Both the position numbers and the translations under genes were made by a program. Below the pieces are notes generated by a model. That model had not been told where the DNA came from. It saw only the letters and a program-made list of their open reading frames with translations, and made no database searches. From assembly GCA_035221665.1 (NCBI GenBank), contig CM069133.1, positions 56,048,001 to 56,112,000 on the forward strand: DNA of 64,000 bases, written 5' to 3'. Positions within the stretch are counted from its first letter, which is position 1; every line of letters begins with the position of its first letter. Positions 39,689 to 50,620 of this stretch are shown here, piece after piece. This stretch comes from Okamejei kenojei. Taxonomy: Eukaryota.

Positions 39689-40514
39689 TTTGGGGAACCT
39701 TGGATGCTTTAGTTAACAGGATTGATGATGACTTGGGTATGAAAGACATCTCACTTTGTGGTTCAGTTTGGGTTGCAAATGTCACATCAAAGTTTCAAAA
39801 ATGGTCAAAGAGCAAAGGGAAATGTTGAAAATGATTGGTGGTGAGGTAAGAAAGTTATTGTTCTGGTAAGTGTAGCCAGATGAGGGATTGATAATCAGAG
39901 CATAGGTTTTGTCTAATTTCGGAGATTTTGTCAAGAAAAAGATGTTTTCTCAAAGATACTGAACAGGGCATGAAGTGAGAGCAAAAATAAATGAATAAAC
40001 CATAATTTTCAGTCAAAAGCAAAATGCAAATTGGGGTAAGCATTTTGTATATGGATTTGATCAGAATAAAAGTTACAACAAACATCGGAAAAAATCTCGC
40101 TATATTTTTATGATGTGAAAACAAATTGCAATTTACGACAAGTGTCACCTAGGGACCATGCATCATAAGACAGTGTGTCCAGGAAAAAGGCTATGTAACA
40201 CAAAAGTAAAATACTGCAGATGTTGAAATCTGCAATAAAAACAGTAGAAATACCCTATAGTTCAGGAACTATCAGTGAACAGAGTAACAGAGCACATATT
40301 TCAGAACGATTACAGTTGTGAAGATCAACAGTCATGAAATGTTAACCCTGTTTCGCACTCCATAGGTGCTGCACTTTCAGCATTTTCTGTTCTTAATCTT
40401 GACAAGCACATTCATTGCCTTGTTACCCCACATATTAACAATGAATAATGTGTTTTGTATTATAAGAAAATCTTGTCATGCCTTAATCCAAATAGTCAAT
40501 ATTTTTTATAATGG

Positions 40515-40780
40515 GAGCAAAAGTCTGCAGATGCTGAAAATCTGAAATAAAATCAACAAATAACAGAAACATTCAGCAGGTGGCTTTCCGGTGAATGACA
40601 CTTGTTTCAGGTGAAACAATGTTTCATTTCAATGTTTCATGTGAAACAGAATCAATGTTTTAGGTGAATGACTCTTCGGCAGTGACTGATGAAAGGTCAT
40701 TGACCTAAAACACTTTTTCTGTTTTTTTCTCCGTAGATGCTATTTGATTTGCTGAGTATTTCTGGCATCTTCACTGTTTC
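40515..40780. mobile_element. palindromic element made of two inverted Penelope-like termini (family B)
   Basis: Left arm is the inverse of the right arm; centre carries CTGATGA-A-AGGTC-ATT-GACCT-AAAAC (40686). A more decayed copy lies at 40200-40400. Confidence 0.6.
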
Positions 40781-40789
40781 TTAATAGGT

Positions 40790-41400
40790 TTAAGGTCATA
40801 AGGTCATGTGATGGGAGCAGAATTAGGCCTTTCAGCCAATCAAGTCTAATCCGAAAATCAATCATGGCTGATCTATCTCTTCCTCTTAACCCCATTCTCC
40901 TGCCTTCTCCCCATTACCCCTGACACCCTTACTAATCAAGAAACTATCCACCTCTGCTTTAAAAATATCCATTGACTTTGCCTCCACAGCCTTCTGTGGC
41001 AAATAATTCACCACCATCTTTGGGGTGGAAGATTGCAACGTCACGTGGTCCACCATGTTTCGATGAAAGCAATAAATTTGGCGTGCTCAATCAAATAAGA
41101 TCAAATAGAACAAGTTGTCCTACAACTTTAGGTTGTGCACGCCATACGCAAGAAGAAGACCACCTTCTGACTGAAGGAATTTTTCCTCATCTCCTTCCTA
41201 AAGGAACATGCTTTAATTCTGAAGCTGTGACCTTTAGTTCTAGACTCTCCCACTGGTGGAAATATTCTCTGCACAACCACTATATCCAAGCCTTTCACTA
41301 TTTGGTAAGTTTCAATGAGGTTCCCCCTCATCCTTCCAAGCTCCAGCGAGTACAGGCCCAGTGCCGACAAATGCTCATCATACGTTATCCCACTCATTCC
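40790..41400 (-). mobile_element. CR1 3' fragment with internal insertion
   Basis: LGLYSLELGRMRGNLIETYQIVKGLD. Confidence 0.85.
41016..41158 (+). mobile_element. 143-bp retroposed insertion with (AAG)n tail
   Basis: ACCACC TSD at 41010-41015 and 41159-41164; ends gcacgccatacgcaagaagaag. Confidence 0.7.
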
Positions 41401-41574
41401 CATTTTCCCATCAACAATACCGTGCATCAGTTACACTATGCAACAATTTCTGTGTATTAATAGTGAATACATTTTTACATACAAGTACAACATACAAGAT
41501 GCAGGATTTATTTTTTAGAATGAAATGCCCTGGATTTGTTAAGAACAACTGCTTACACCAATGAGGAGAACAAC

Positions 41575-42092
41575 AATGAGGAAGGATATTCTTGCTATTG
41601 AGGGAGTGCATTGTAGGTTTACAAAGTTAATTCCCGGGATGGCGGGACTGTCATATGCTGAGAGAATGGAACAGCTGGGCTTGTACACTCAGGAGTTTAG
41701 AAGGATGAGAGGGAATCTCATTGAAACATATAAGATTGTTAAGGGCTTGGACATGCTAGAGGCAGGAAACATGTTCCCGATGTTGGGGGAGTCCAGAACC
41801 AGGAGCCACAGTTTAAGAATAAGGAGTAAGCCATTTAGGACGGAGATGAGGAAACACTTTTTCTCACAGAGAGTGCCGAGTCTGTGGAATTCTCTGCCTC
41901 AGAGGGAGGTGGAGGGGGGTTCTCTGGATGCTTTCAAGAGAGAGCTAAATAGGGCTCTTAAAAATAGCAGTCAGGGGAGAAGGCAGGAACGGGGTACTGA
42001 TTGGGGATGATCAGCCATGATCACATTGAATGGCAGTGCTGGTTCGAAGGGCTGAATGGCCTACTCCTACACTATTTTCTATTGTCTATTGT
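41575..42092 (+). mobile_element. CR1 3' fragment
   Basis: ORF 41561-42010 (RKDILAIEGVHCRFTKLIPGM); (TCTATTG)n tail. Confidence 0.9.
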
Positions 42093-42238
42093 CCATTACA
42101 GACCATCCTCATAAAACACCATATAGTAACAGGTCAAATCCCTGCACTGTTGCCATTGGGGATGAATTGCCAGGCAATAACCTGTTGAACATCCAGAGAG
42201 AGGTAATTACTACACTGGGCAAAGGTAAATAATCTCAC

Positions 42239-42348
42239 CTGTTGTACAGGAGGATATCCGGGACCCACACATGATCTGAAGGAAAGCGTACTGTTCGAAT
42301 GCCACCATATTCAGTAATATTCCACTTCAAATAGCAGTCTGTCCAATG
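42239..42348 (-). CDS. CHRNA8: nAChR alpha7-family (alpha8-like) coding exon, equivalent to CHRNA7 exon 4
   Basis: Minus strand reads [36 protein letters not shown](S), the loop A region. Exactly 110 bp with acceptor ccag| and donor |gtgag. RFPSD and [10 protein letters not shown] fit alpha8 better than alpha7 (recalled). Not in the ORF track. Confidence 0.9.
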
Positions 42349-42972
42349 CTGGATAATGTAATATACATGTTATAATATCTGTACACATAACAAAATATAA
42401 ATAACATCTTGTAAAAACAGCTGTAGAAATGCAATATTGCCAATGTTATTCCTTTCCTTTCCACCCTTTTCTCTTTGTTTTCCATCACAACTCTCTCGCT
42501 TGCTTAGTGTTGTCTTGTAATAAGATATTGCATTAGGACGCCTTGCCCTCCTTCTTTATTGAGGCTCCATGGGCCTCCATTGAGTATTCCACTCCAAAGC
42601 ATGGATGAGGATGATCATCCTTGCTGTGCGACCTTGTTGTAGCAACTCCCTATGGCTGTCCCAATGTGCATCATCCCCTCACTGGAGAATGGCATTGGCA
42701 TATTCAATGCTTCCTTGTTATAGAATGTTCCCCATTTCATGACAATATTCAGTGGATGATTTATAATAATGGAAGAAATAAATCACAAGGTTTAAAAAAA
42801 AAGATTTCAGTAGGGTTTATTCCAGATAACAATTGGGGCAATTTTAACTCTCCTACCCAGCAGAAAAGGCTGTAAAGGTTTAAAAGAGCTGATGCTATTT
42901 CCCCCTCCTTTCTCAACCTGCCAATTTCTTTTGTAAGGAAAAACATTCATCCAAAGTGGCCAAGAGTTTCAA

Positions 42973-43288
42973 GTTTAGTTTAATTTAGTTTAGAGATACA
43001 GTGCGGAAACAGGTCATTCGGCCCACCGTGTCCGCACCAACCAGCGATCCCCGCACATTACCACTATTCTACACACTAGGGACAATTTACACTTATACCA
43101 AGTCAATTTACCTACAAATCTGTACGTCTTTAGAGTGTAGGAGGAAACTGAAGATCTTGGAGAAAGCCCACATGGTCACGGGGAGAACGTACAAACTCCA
43201 TACACACTGCACCCATAATCGGGATCGAACTCGGTTCTCCGACGCTGCAAACACTATAAGCTAACAACTCTACCGATGTGCCGCCGTG
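42973..43288 (-). mobile_element. HE1-like V-SINE
   Basis: (TTTAG)n tail and full body. Confidence 0.85.
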
Positions 43289-43554
43289 CAGTGTTTTTGC
43301 AGATTGCGGTCACATATATTGGAGCTTGACAGGACTTAATCTGCTGCTAACTTTGCAAGCCAATTCCCATTGACTGCCTGCCTGCAGAAAAAGGCAAAAG
43401 AAAAAGCTTGGTCTTTCTTGGGATGCACCAAACGTGATTTGCAGCCAGTTTTTTTCAGAATGCAGATGCATCCCCACAAACTGCAATGAGACAACGGGCA
43501 CATAATCTACTTTAGGGATAACCATTATGGAAGTCCGACACTGGAGATAACCAC

Positions 43555-44310
43555 CGTTTGGCGCCATCAGCGATGGCAGCCTCGCCAACGGTCTCTCTGT
43601 CATTTCGTCTTTTTTGTTATTTTTAGTGTGTTTTAAAGGTATGTTTTAATGTTCTTTTGGTTTGTTTTATGTGAGGGGGGGACTTTTTCTCAATCTCTTA
43701 CCTTACTCATTTTATCCGTATCGTATCTCCGGTCGCTCTGTGGCCTAACATCATGGAGCTGGCGGCCTTGCTCAAGACTGACTTTGAGCCCCACCGTGGG
43801 GCCGTGCACTTACCATCGGAGCCTGTGATCCTTTGCCTGGAATCAATGCTCCAACTGTGGCCTGCGGATTTCACCATCGAGGAGCTCGCAGACTCGGGTA
43901 GAGGCCGATGTCGGGAAGGTCCAAAGTCGCAGGAGATTCGAGCAGCCCTGACCCGGGGTCCGATCGCCCGGCATGGGGCTGAAATCCTCCTGATGCGGGA
44001 GCTTGATCGCCCCGACGTGGAGGGCCCGACCGCTGGCTACCGTTGGTCTCGACAACGTAAGGTTCGAGGCCCCCGACCACGGGAGAACAAAGAAGGGAAG
44101 AGATTGAACTTATTTCTCGCCTTCTATCACAGTGGGGTATGTACAGGAGTCACTGTGGTGGATGTCTATGTTAAAATGTATTTTGTGTGTATTGTTGCTT
44201 TTTATTGGTATGACTGTATGTCATATCAAATTCCTCGTATGTTGCAAAACATACTTGCCTAATAAAGTATGATGATGATTATGATGATGATGATGATGAT
44301 TATTATTATT
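43555..44310 (+). mobile_element. CpG-rich non-autonomous retroposon with LINE-like 3' end and (ATG)n tail
   Basis: 3' end aaattcctcgtatgttgcaaaacatacttgcctaataaag resembles the Rex-like tail at 2410-2450 (inverse); no LINE coding sequence. Confidence 0.55.
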
Positions 44311-45044
44311 TTTAATGCTTTTTCATTGAATCATAGGGAATGGAAATAAGCTCTTCGGCCCAACTTGTCCATGGTGAAAAAGTTGTGATTCTGGGCAAGT
44401 CCCATTTGCCTGCTTTATGAAAATGATGACATGGGATTTTCCACCTTTGCCACTAAAAACAGATATGCCTCATGTTTAACATTTTATCCAATACACGGCA
44501 TCTTCTTCGTAGTAGCCTACATGTTATACTCAAATCTCTGGATAGGGATTTGAATCATCAGACTGAGAGGCCTTAGCGCCACCAGTGTTACGATGCATTA
44601 CTTCATTGGTTGTGGGAAAGTGAGACTCCACATGGCAGTCCTTGGTCTCTGTTGCTGGGGTGGTTACAATTGCCTTGACTAGGTTTTGTCAAGCAAGCAG
44701 TCCATATCGCTTGGCAGAGTTAAAATGTCATCAAAATGTTCTGAATCTGTGATAGGAGCCATGATGACAATGCAGTATTTAGGTTCATGTCAACTCAGGG
44801 ACCAGCAGGATAAAGTGACTCTCATATTTTGTGCCTTTGAAATGCAGCCAATAATTCTGTTTTTGTATATACAGTCATACAGTCAAATAGATCGGAAGCA
44901 GACCCTTCAGCCCAACTTGCCAATGCTGGCCAAGATGCCTATCTAAACTGGTCCCATATGCCCATGTTTATCCCACATCCCATACTTCAATGCGGCAGAG
45001 AATGTGTAACTGAATACCACATAAGATTTGAATTTTCACCAAAA

Positions 45045-45512
45045 GGGTTCAAGTGTTCAAGTGTTCAAGTGAGTTTATTGTCATGTGTCCCTAATAGGAC
45101 AATGAAATTCTTGCTTTGCTTCAGCACAACAGGGCATAGTAGGCATTGACTACAAAACAGTGTGTCGATATTCATGTGTGTATTATATAAATATATACAC
45201 ACATGAATAAATAAACTGATGAAGTGCAAATAACAGGTCATGGGTTATTAATGTTCAGAGTTTTGTCTGAGCCAGGTTTAATAGCCTGATGGCTGTGGGG
45301 AAGTAGCTATTCCTGAACCTGGTCATTGCAGTCTTCAGGCTCCTGTACCTTCTACCTGAAGGCAGCAGGGAGATGAGTGTGTGGCCAGGATGGTGTGGGT
45401 CTTTGATACTGCCAGCCTTTTTGAGGCAGCGACTGCGATAAATCCCCTCGATGGAAGGAAGGTCAGAGCCGATGATGGACTGGGCAGTTATTACTACTTT
45501 TTGTAGTCTTTG
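45045..45512 (-). mobile_element. Rex1-like 3' fragment, (CACTTGAA)n tail
   Basis: gttcaagtgttcaagtgttcaagtgagtttattgtc; RFRNSYFPTAIRLLN on the minus strand. Confidence 0.8.
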
Positions 45513-45532
45513 ATTTAGTTTTCATGAAGGTA

Positions 45533-46055
45533 TTTTTTTTTTAAATAATATTTTTATTAGAAGTAATCCATCATAACAATGGTATAACAACTTTTCAAAT
45601 ACACAACCAACTTATTTCAATAAGTATACGGATGTTACAAATAATTCTTATAAATTTCTAATTTTTATAAAGTAGAAAAAGAAAATAGATTTTAATCAAT
45701 AAGAATAGTGATTAAATAATAATTTTGATTATATAGAGAGAGAAAGAGACGAGAAAAAAAAAGAAAAAAAAGATTATAGTATACATCTTAATAGTGAATA
45801 ACACAATTTCAAATAATGATATCAATAGAGACATGCATACAAATCCAAAAAATAAAATAAAAATTATTTTCATCTAATCCTGCCGGGTACCCATTGAGTT
45901 GTGATGCCAAGAACAGCTACCCCTTCAAATATTCTATATATGGAGACCATATCTGTTCAAAGAGTTCGTATTTTGTCCATTAGGACAAATCTGATTCTTT
46001 CCAAATGCAACGTCTCCAACATTTCCACTGTCCACATTTTAATTGTGGGGGAATC
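45533..46055 (-). mobile_element. L1/Tx1-like 3' end
   Basis: Poly-T then ttttattag; PTIKMWTVEMLETLHLERIRF matches the end of the 18.4-19.9 kb element. Confidence 0.75.
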
Positions 46056-46762
46056 ATGAAGGTATTTAACTGCACGTTGTACTAAGCACAATGTTTCCTA
46101 TTTTGCCCAGCAGGTTTGATATGAAGAAGGATTCTTGTCACTGATATCAATAGCAAACTGCAATTCATTTTCCTATGTTTTGAAATATTTAACCCGCTGA
46201 TAGCTTTGCATTGAAAATAGATCATGGTTCTTAATTATCAATCTGTAAAGTGATGGCAAAATATTTCTTGCTTACTTCTAATGATACAGGAGGCCTCTCA
46301 GCCCATCATGTCCATCCTGGCTTTTGACAGTGCAATCCCACCTGCACCATCCACCCTCTCCTTATTTCCTATGTTTTCCTGCCACGTGTCCCCTCTCTGA
46401 GGTGGTGCAGTGGCGCGGCTAGAAGAGCTATTGTTTCACAGCTCCAGTGACCTGCATGCAATCCTGATCTCTGGTACCGTCTGTGTAGAGTTTGCATGCA
46501 TATACTCCCAGATGCTCCAATATTCTCCAACATATCAAAGAGTAGTGAGCTGGTAGATTGATTTCCAACTATAAATAGGTGTGGGGTTGAGTTTGGAGGG
46601 AGTCGATGGAATTGTGAAAAGAATAAAATGAGATTAATTTGGAAGCAAAATGTTCAAAACTATCAAAACTATCAAAATAGTGTGGAATCAAATGGATGCT
46701 TGACGGTTGGAACAGATGGTGTTTCTATGCTAAGTGATGATCACTCATGCCCATCAACTCTC

Positions 46763-47265
46763 ATAGAGTTATAGAGTGATCCATTGTGCAAACAGGCCCT
46801 TCAGTCCAACTTGCCCACACCGGCCAACATATCCCAGCTACATTAGTTCCACCTGCCCACATTTGGCCCATATACCTCCAAACCTGTCCTATCAATGTAC
46901 CTGTCTAACTGTTTCTTAAATGTTGGGATGGTCCCTGGCTCAACTACCTCCTCTGGCAGCTTGTTCCATACACCCACCACCCTTTGTGTGAAAAAGGAAC
47001 ACCTCAGATTCCTATTTAATCTTTTCCCATTCACCTTAAACCTATGGCCTCTGGTCCTTGATGTACCTACTCTGGGCAAGAGATTTTGTGCATCTAGCCG
47101 ATCTATTCCTCTCATTATTTTATACACCTCTATAAGATCACCGCTCATCCTTCTGTATTTGAAGGAATAATGTCCCAGCCTACTTAACGTCTCCCATTAG
47201 CTCAGACCCTCTAGTCCTGGCAACATCCTTGTAAATCTTCTCTGTCCCCTCTCCAGCTTGACATC
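46763..47265 (-). mobile_element. CR1 3' fragment
   Basis: ORF 46843-47148 (GDLIEVYKIMRGIDRLD...FFTQRVVGVWNKLP). Confidence 0.9.
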
Positions 47266-47355
47266 CTTTGATTCTTTTGCAGGTTGCCTACTTACAGTAG
47301 TTAATTTATCTACCTGCCTTTGAGATAGGCAATAACTTAAAACACCTAAGCTAAA

Positions 47356-47698
47356 GGGGCAGCACGGTGGCACAGCGGTAGAGTTGCTGCCTTACAGCAC
47401 TTTCAGTGCCAGAGACATGGGTTTGATCCCGACTACAGGTGCTGTCTGTATGGAGTTTGTACTTTCTCCCGTGACCACGTGGGTTTTTTTCCAAGATCTT
47501 CAGTTTCCTCCCACACGTCCAAAGATGTACAGGTGTGCAGATTAATTAGCTGGGTATAAATGTAAAATTGTCCCTTGTGTGTGCATAGTAGTGTCAATGT
47601 AGGGTGTGTAGGGATCGTTGGTCGGTGCAGACTCAGTGGGCTGAAGGGCCTGTTTCCATTCGGTATCTCTAAACAAAACTAAACTAAACCAAACTAAA
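47356..47698 (+). mobile_element. HE1-like tRNA-derived V-SINE, full length
   Basis: GGGGCAGCACGGTGGCACAGCGG head (A box), GGTTTGATCCC (B box), CR1-like 3' stem gggctgaagggcctgtttcc, (CTAAA)n tail. Confidence 0.9.
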
Positions 47699-47937
47699 TC
47701 TGGGTGAAACACACACAGTCATGATCAAATGCCACACAAAGAGCGTCCAAGATCATGATAGATCCAGTTTGCCTATGAGAATGTGGCACCAACTGCTACA
47801 CCACCCCACCTGCTTCAAGGATGGTGACCATTCAGCATAAAAGTCTGAAGCACCAATGGAGTTTACTAAAGCACTATATACATCAATGAACACATGCAGA
47901 TTAATACAGAGATGCACACTCAAATTGGAAGCTGGAT

Positions 47938-48510
47938 TCATAGAGTTATCTAGCACGGAAACAGTCCAACTTGCCTATGATGACCAAATTGCCCCATCTA
48001 CAATTGTCCTTCCTGCCTGCATTTGACCCTTGTTTCTTTAAAACTTTCCCATTCATGTACCTGTCCAAATGTTTTTTATTTGATTTTATAATAGTAGCTG
48101 TCTCAACCACCTCCACTGACAGCTCATTCCATATACCCATACTGTGTATGAAAAAGTGCACCCTCAGGTTTCTATTAAATCTTTCCCCTCTCACCTTAAA
48201 CCTATGTCCCCTTGTTCTTGATTCCCCTATACAGTGTAAAAGACTCTGTGCATTTATACTAGCTGTTTCCCTCTAGTGATATTATCACCACTCATCCTCC
48301 TGTGTTCCAAGGAATATAGTCCCAGCCTGCATAATCTCTGCCTGTAGCTCAGGCCCTTTATCACTGGCAACATCCGCGTAAATCCTCTTTGCACTCATTC
48401 CAACTTAACATCATTCTTCCTATAGCAGGGTGACCAAAACTGAACACAATACACCAAATGCGGCCTCAACAATGTCTTGTACAACTGTAACATAGCATCC
48501 TAACTTTTTT
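47938..48510 (-). mobile_element. CR1 3' fragment
   Basis: RGERFNRNLRVHFF...WNEL; RPHLVYCVQFWSP region near 48430-48470. Confidence 0.85.
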
Positions 48511-49284
48511 GCTCAGCCTGGCTTATTGTCCACAACATATCTTTGCATCCTTAAATGACATCTGAAATGCAGGTGAGGAATATTAGTTGAAATAAAATTG
48601 AATCTACAAAGACAAAGGGATTTATATTTGTCTGCAGAATTGATCAAGCACGCTGTTTATTATTTCAGCACTGAACCTATTCGACCTGGGACTTGGATTA
48701 ATTGCAATGTACAAAGTATTTTTTCAAATATGTAAATTGTTAACAATTAATCAAAAGTGAAAGACCATTGATTCTGCTGGCAGGATTAGCAAATGTGAAC
48801 ATTTTAAAATCTTAAAATTTTTAACCTGAAGTTCTAGTTTTTTAATGGAGAAATGTATCAGTTTATAGGTCTTCTGCCCCACTGAGGAACTGGCTCTCAA
48901 ATGCTTATGTAAAGTGTGACTATGATGATATCATCTCAAGGGGATATTCAAAGATAGAACCTCTCTTGAGGGGCTCTTGATGAACTTGCATATGACTTGC
49001 CTCTGCCTGATATCTCACTTAAGAATTGTTTAAAATGCAAAAGAAAAATAAAATCAAACTTTATTCATCCATCTTGATTTATCTTTGGAAATAATTAGTT
49101 GTATTCATCAGGTAATCATATACCTATTTTTTAAATGCTATGCATGGAGCTCATTCAACCCATTGAGTCTATGCTGGCTTTCAAAGCAATGTTACCAACT
49201 CCATTCTTCTGCTAATTTACTATCAACCTCTTCACTATCATATGCTCATGAACTGTCCCCCGATTTTCCTACAATGTGTTAAAT

Positions 49285-49645
49285 CAGGGGCTATTAGAGT
49301 AGCCAATTAACCTACAATTCTGACCATCTTTAAGGGCTGTCCCACTTGGGCGGCCTAATTGGCGAGTTGAGAAGACTTTGATCTTGACTGCAGGTGCTTG
49401 TCTGTACATAGTTTGTATGTTTTCCCCATGACCTGCATTGGTTTTGCCTAGGATCTCTGCTTTCCTCCCACACTCCAAACACAAACAGGTTTATAGGATA
49501 ATTGGCTTGGTATAATTGTAATTTGTAATTGTAATTGTAATTTGTGGCTGGAGTGTGTAGGATAGAGTAAGTATGCGGGGATCGCTGGTCGGCATGGACT
49601 CAGCGTGGAAGGCCCTGTTTCCACGCTGTTTCTCTAAAACTAAAA
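49285..49645 (+). mobile_element. SINE fragments plus one Harbinger MITE end
   Basis: agggctgtcccacttgggcgg at 49333 (single TIR), followed by a 5'-truncated HE1-like SINE with tail. Confidence 0.65.
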
Positions 49646-50462
49646 TCATTGATTCTGTTGGCAAGTTCCAGCAACCATTAATCTTTAGTCAAGGACCATT
49701 AATTCTTCAAACAAAAATATTCTGTGAGAACATGCATGCTCTGCACTGATAGCATGGGAGGTTAGGTCACTGAAGTTCTAAGGAAACAACACTACTTACA
49801 GTGTCACTTGGCTGGTCAATCCATTAATAATTTCTTTACATGGTGGATTCAGTTCTGTTTTCAAAACTCATCCCAAGAGCTATCTTGTGCTTTTATGGAG
49901 TTCCTGGCCTGTGAGTTTATTACATAAAGCAGAGCGTACGTGTGCTGTGTGGTGCAGTTATGTCTGCCAGTGCTTAGCAAAGCTTGATCTGGTGCTCACT
50001 GAGCAGCCAGTAATGCACAGAGCTGTCCATACATGCATAGTGGAGACCCAACAGCATCCAATGACTTCCTACACACCATCTCTGTGACGTTCACCTGCAC
50101 ATCCTTTGCTGGCACTCGGTGTGCGCTCATTGTGTGGAAGCAAGCCTTCACGACAGTTGTGCCTTCTCAAGCCTTAAACTAAGGGAAAGCTGGCTGGGCA
50201 GATCCTGGGCTATGGAGTCTGGTATTGGGCACTCATTTGAAGCAGAAATAGCCATCCAGTTAACATCTCAATTTGAATTATGGTTTCCTCTTGGGACTCA
50301 CAATACTCCATTAGCTCAATCTCAGCACTCATTCACGACCACCCCAGCACATGATTCAGATCGGAAACCAAACCCCATTCCAATTCCCACCAATACCTGG
50401 ACTCATCCATCCAGGATCATTCTGCCTGACTGATGGAAGGAACTCTGCAAAGGAGAGGACTT

Positions 50463-50620
50463 GTTTAGGAAGGAACTGCAGATGCGGGTTTAAACCGAAG
50501 GTAAACACAAAATGCTGGAGTAACTCAGCGGGACAGACAGGTCTCGACCCAAAACTTTACCTATTCCTTTTCTCCAGAGATGCTATCTGACCCAGTGAGT
50601 TACTCCAGCTTTTTGTGTCG
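50463..50620. mobile_element. palindromic Penelope-terminus derivative (family A)
   Basis: acacaaaatgctggagtaactcagcggg ... ggtctcgacccaaaac ... cccagtgagttactccagctttttgtgt. Confidence 0.7.

Noticed and set aside
43436-43456. EKNWLQI on the minus strand, reminiscent of exon 3
   Set aside because: The intervening residues are missing and no suitable splice sites flank it.
43753-44262. 169-aa ORF as a nested gene
   Set aside because: Lies within a GC-rich repeat, has no recognisable domain and runs into the retroposon tail.
47356-47440. tRNA gene
   Set aside because: A and B boxes are present but it is the head of a multi-copy SINE, with no intact cloverleaf.
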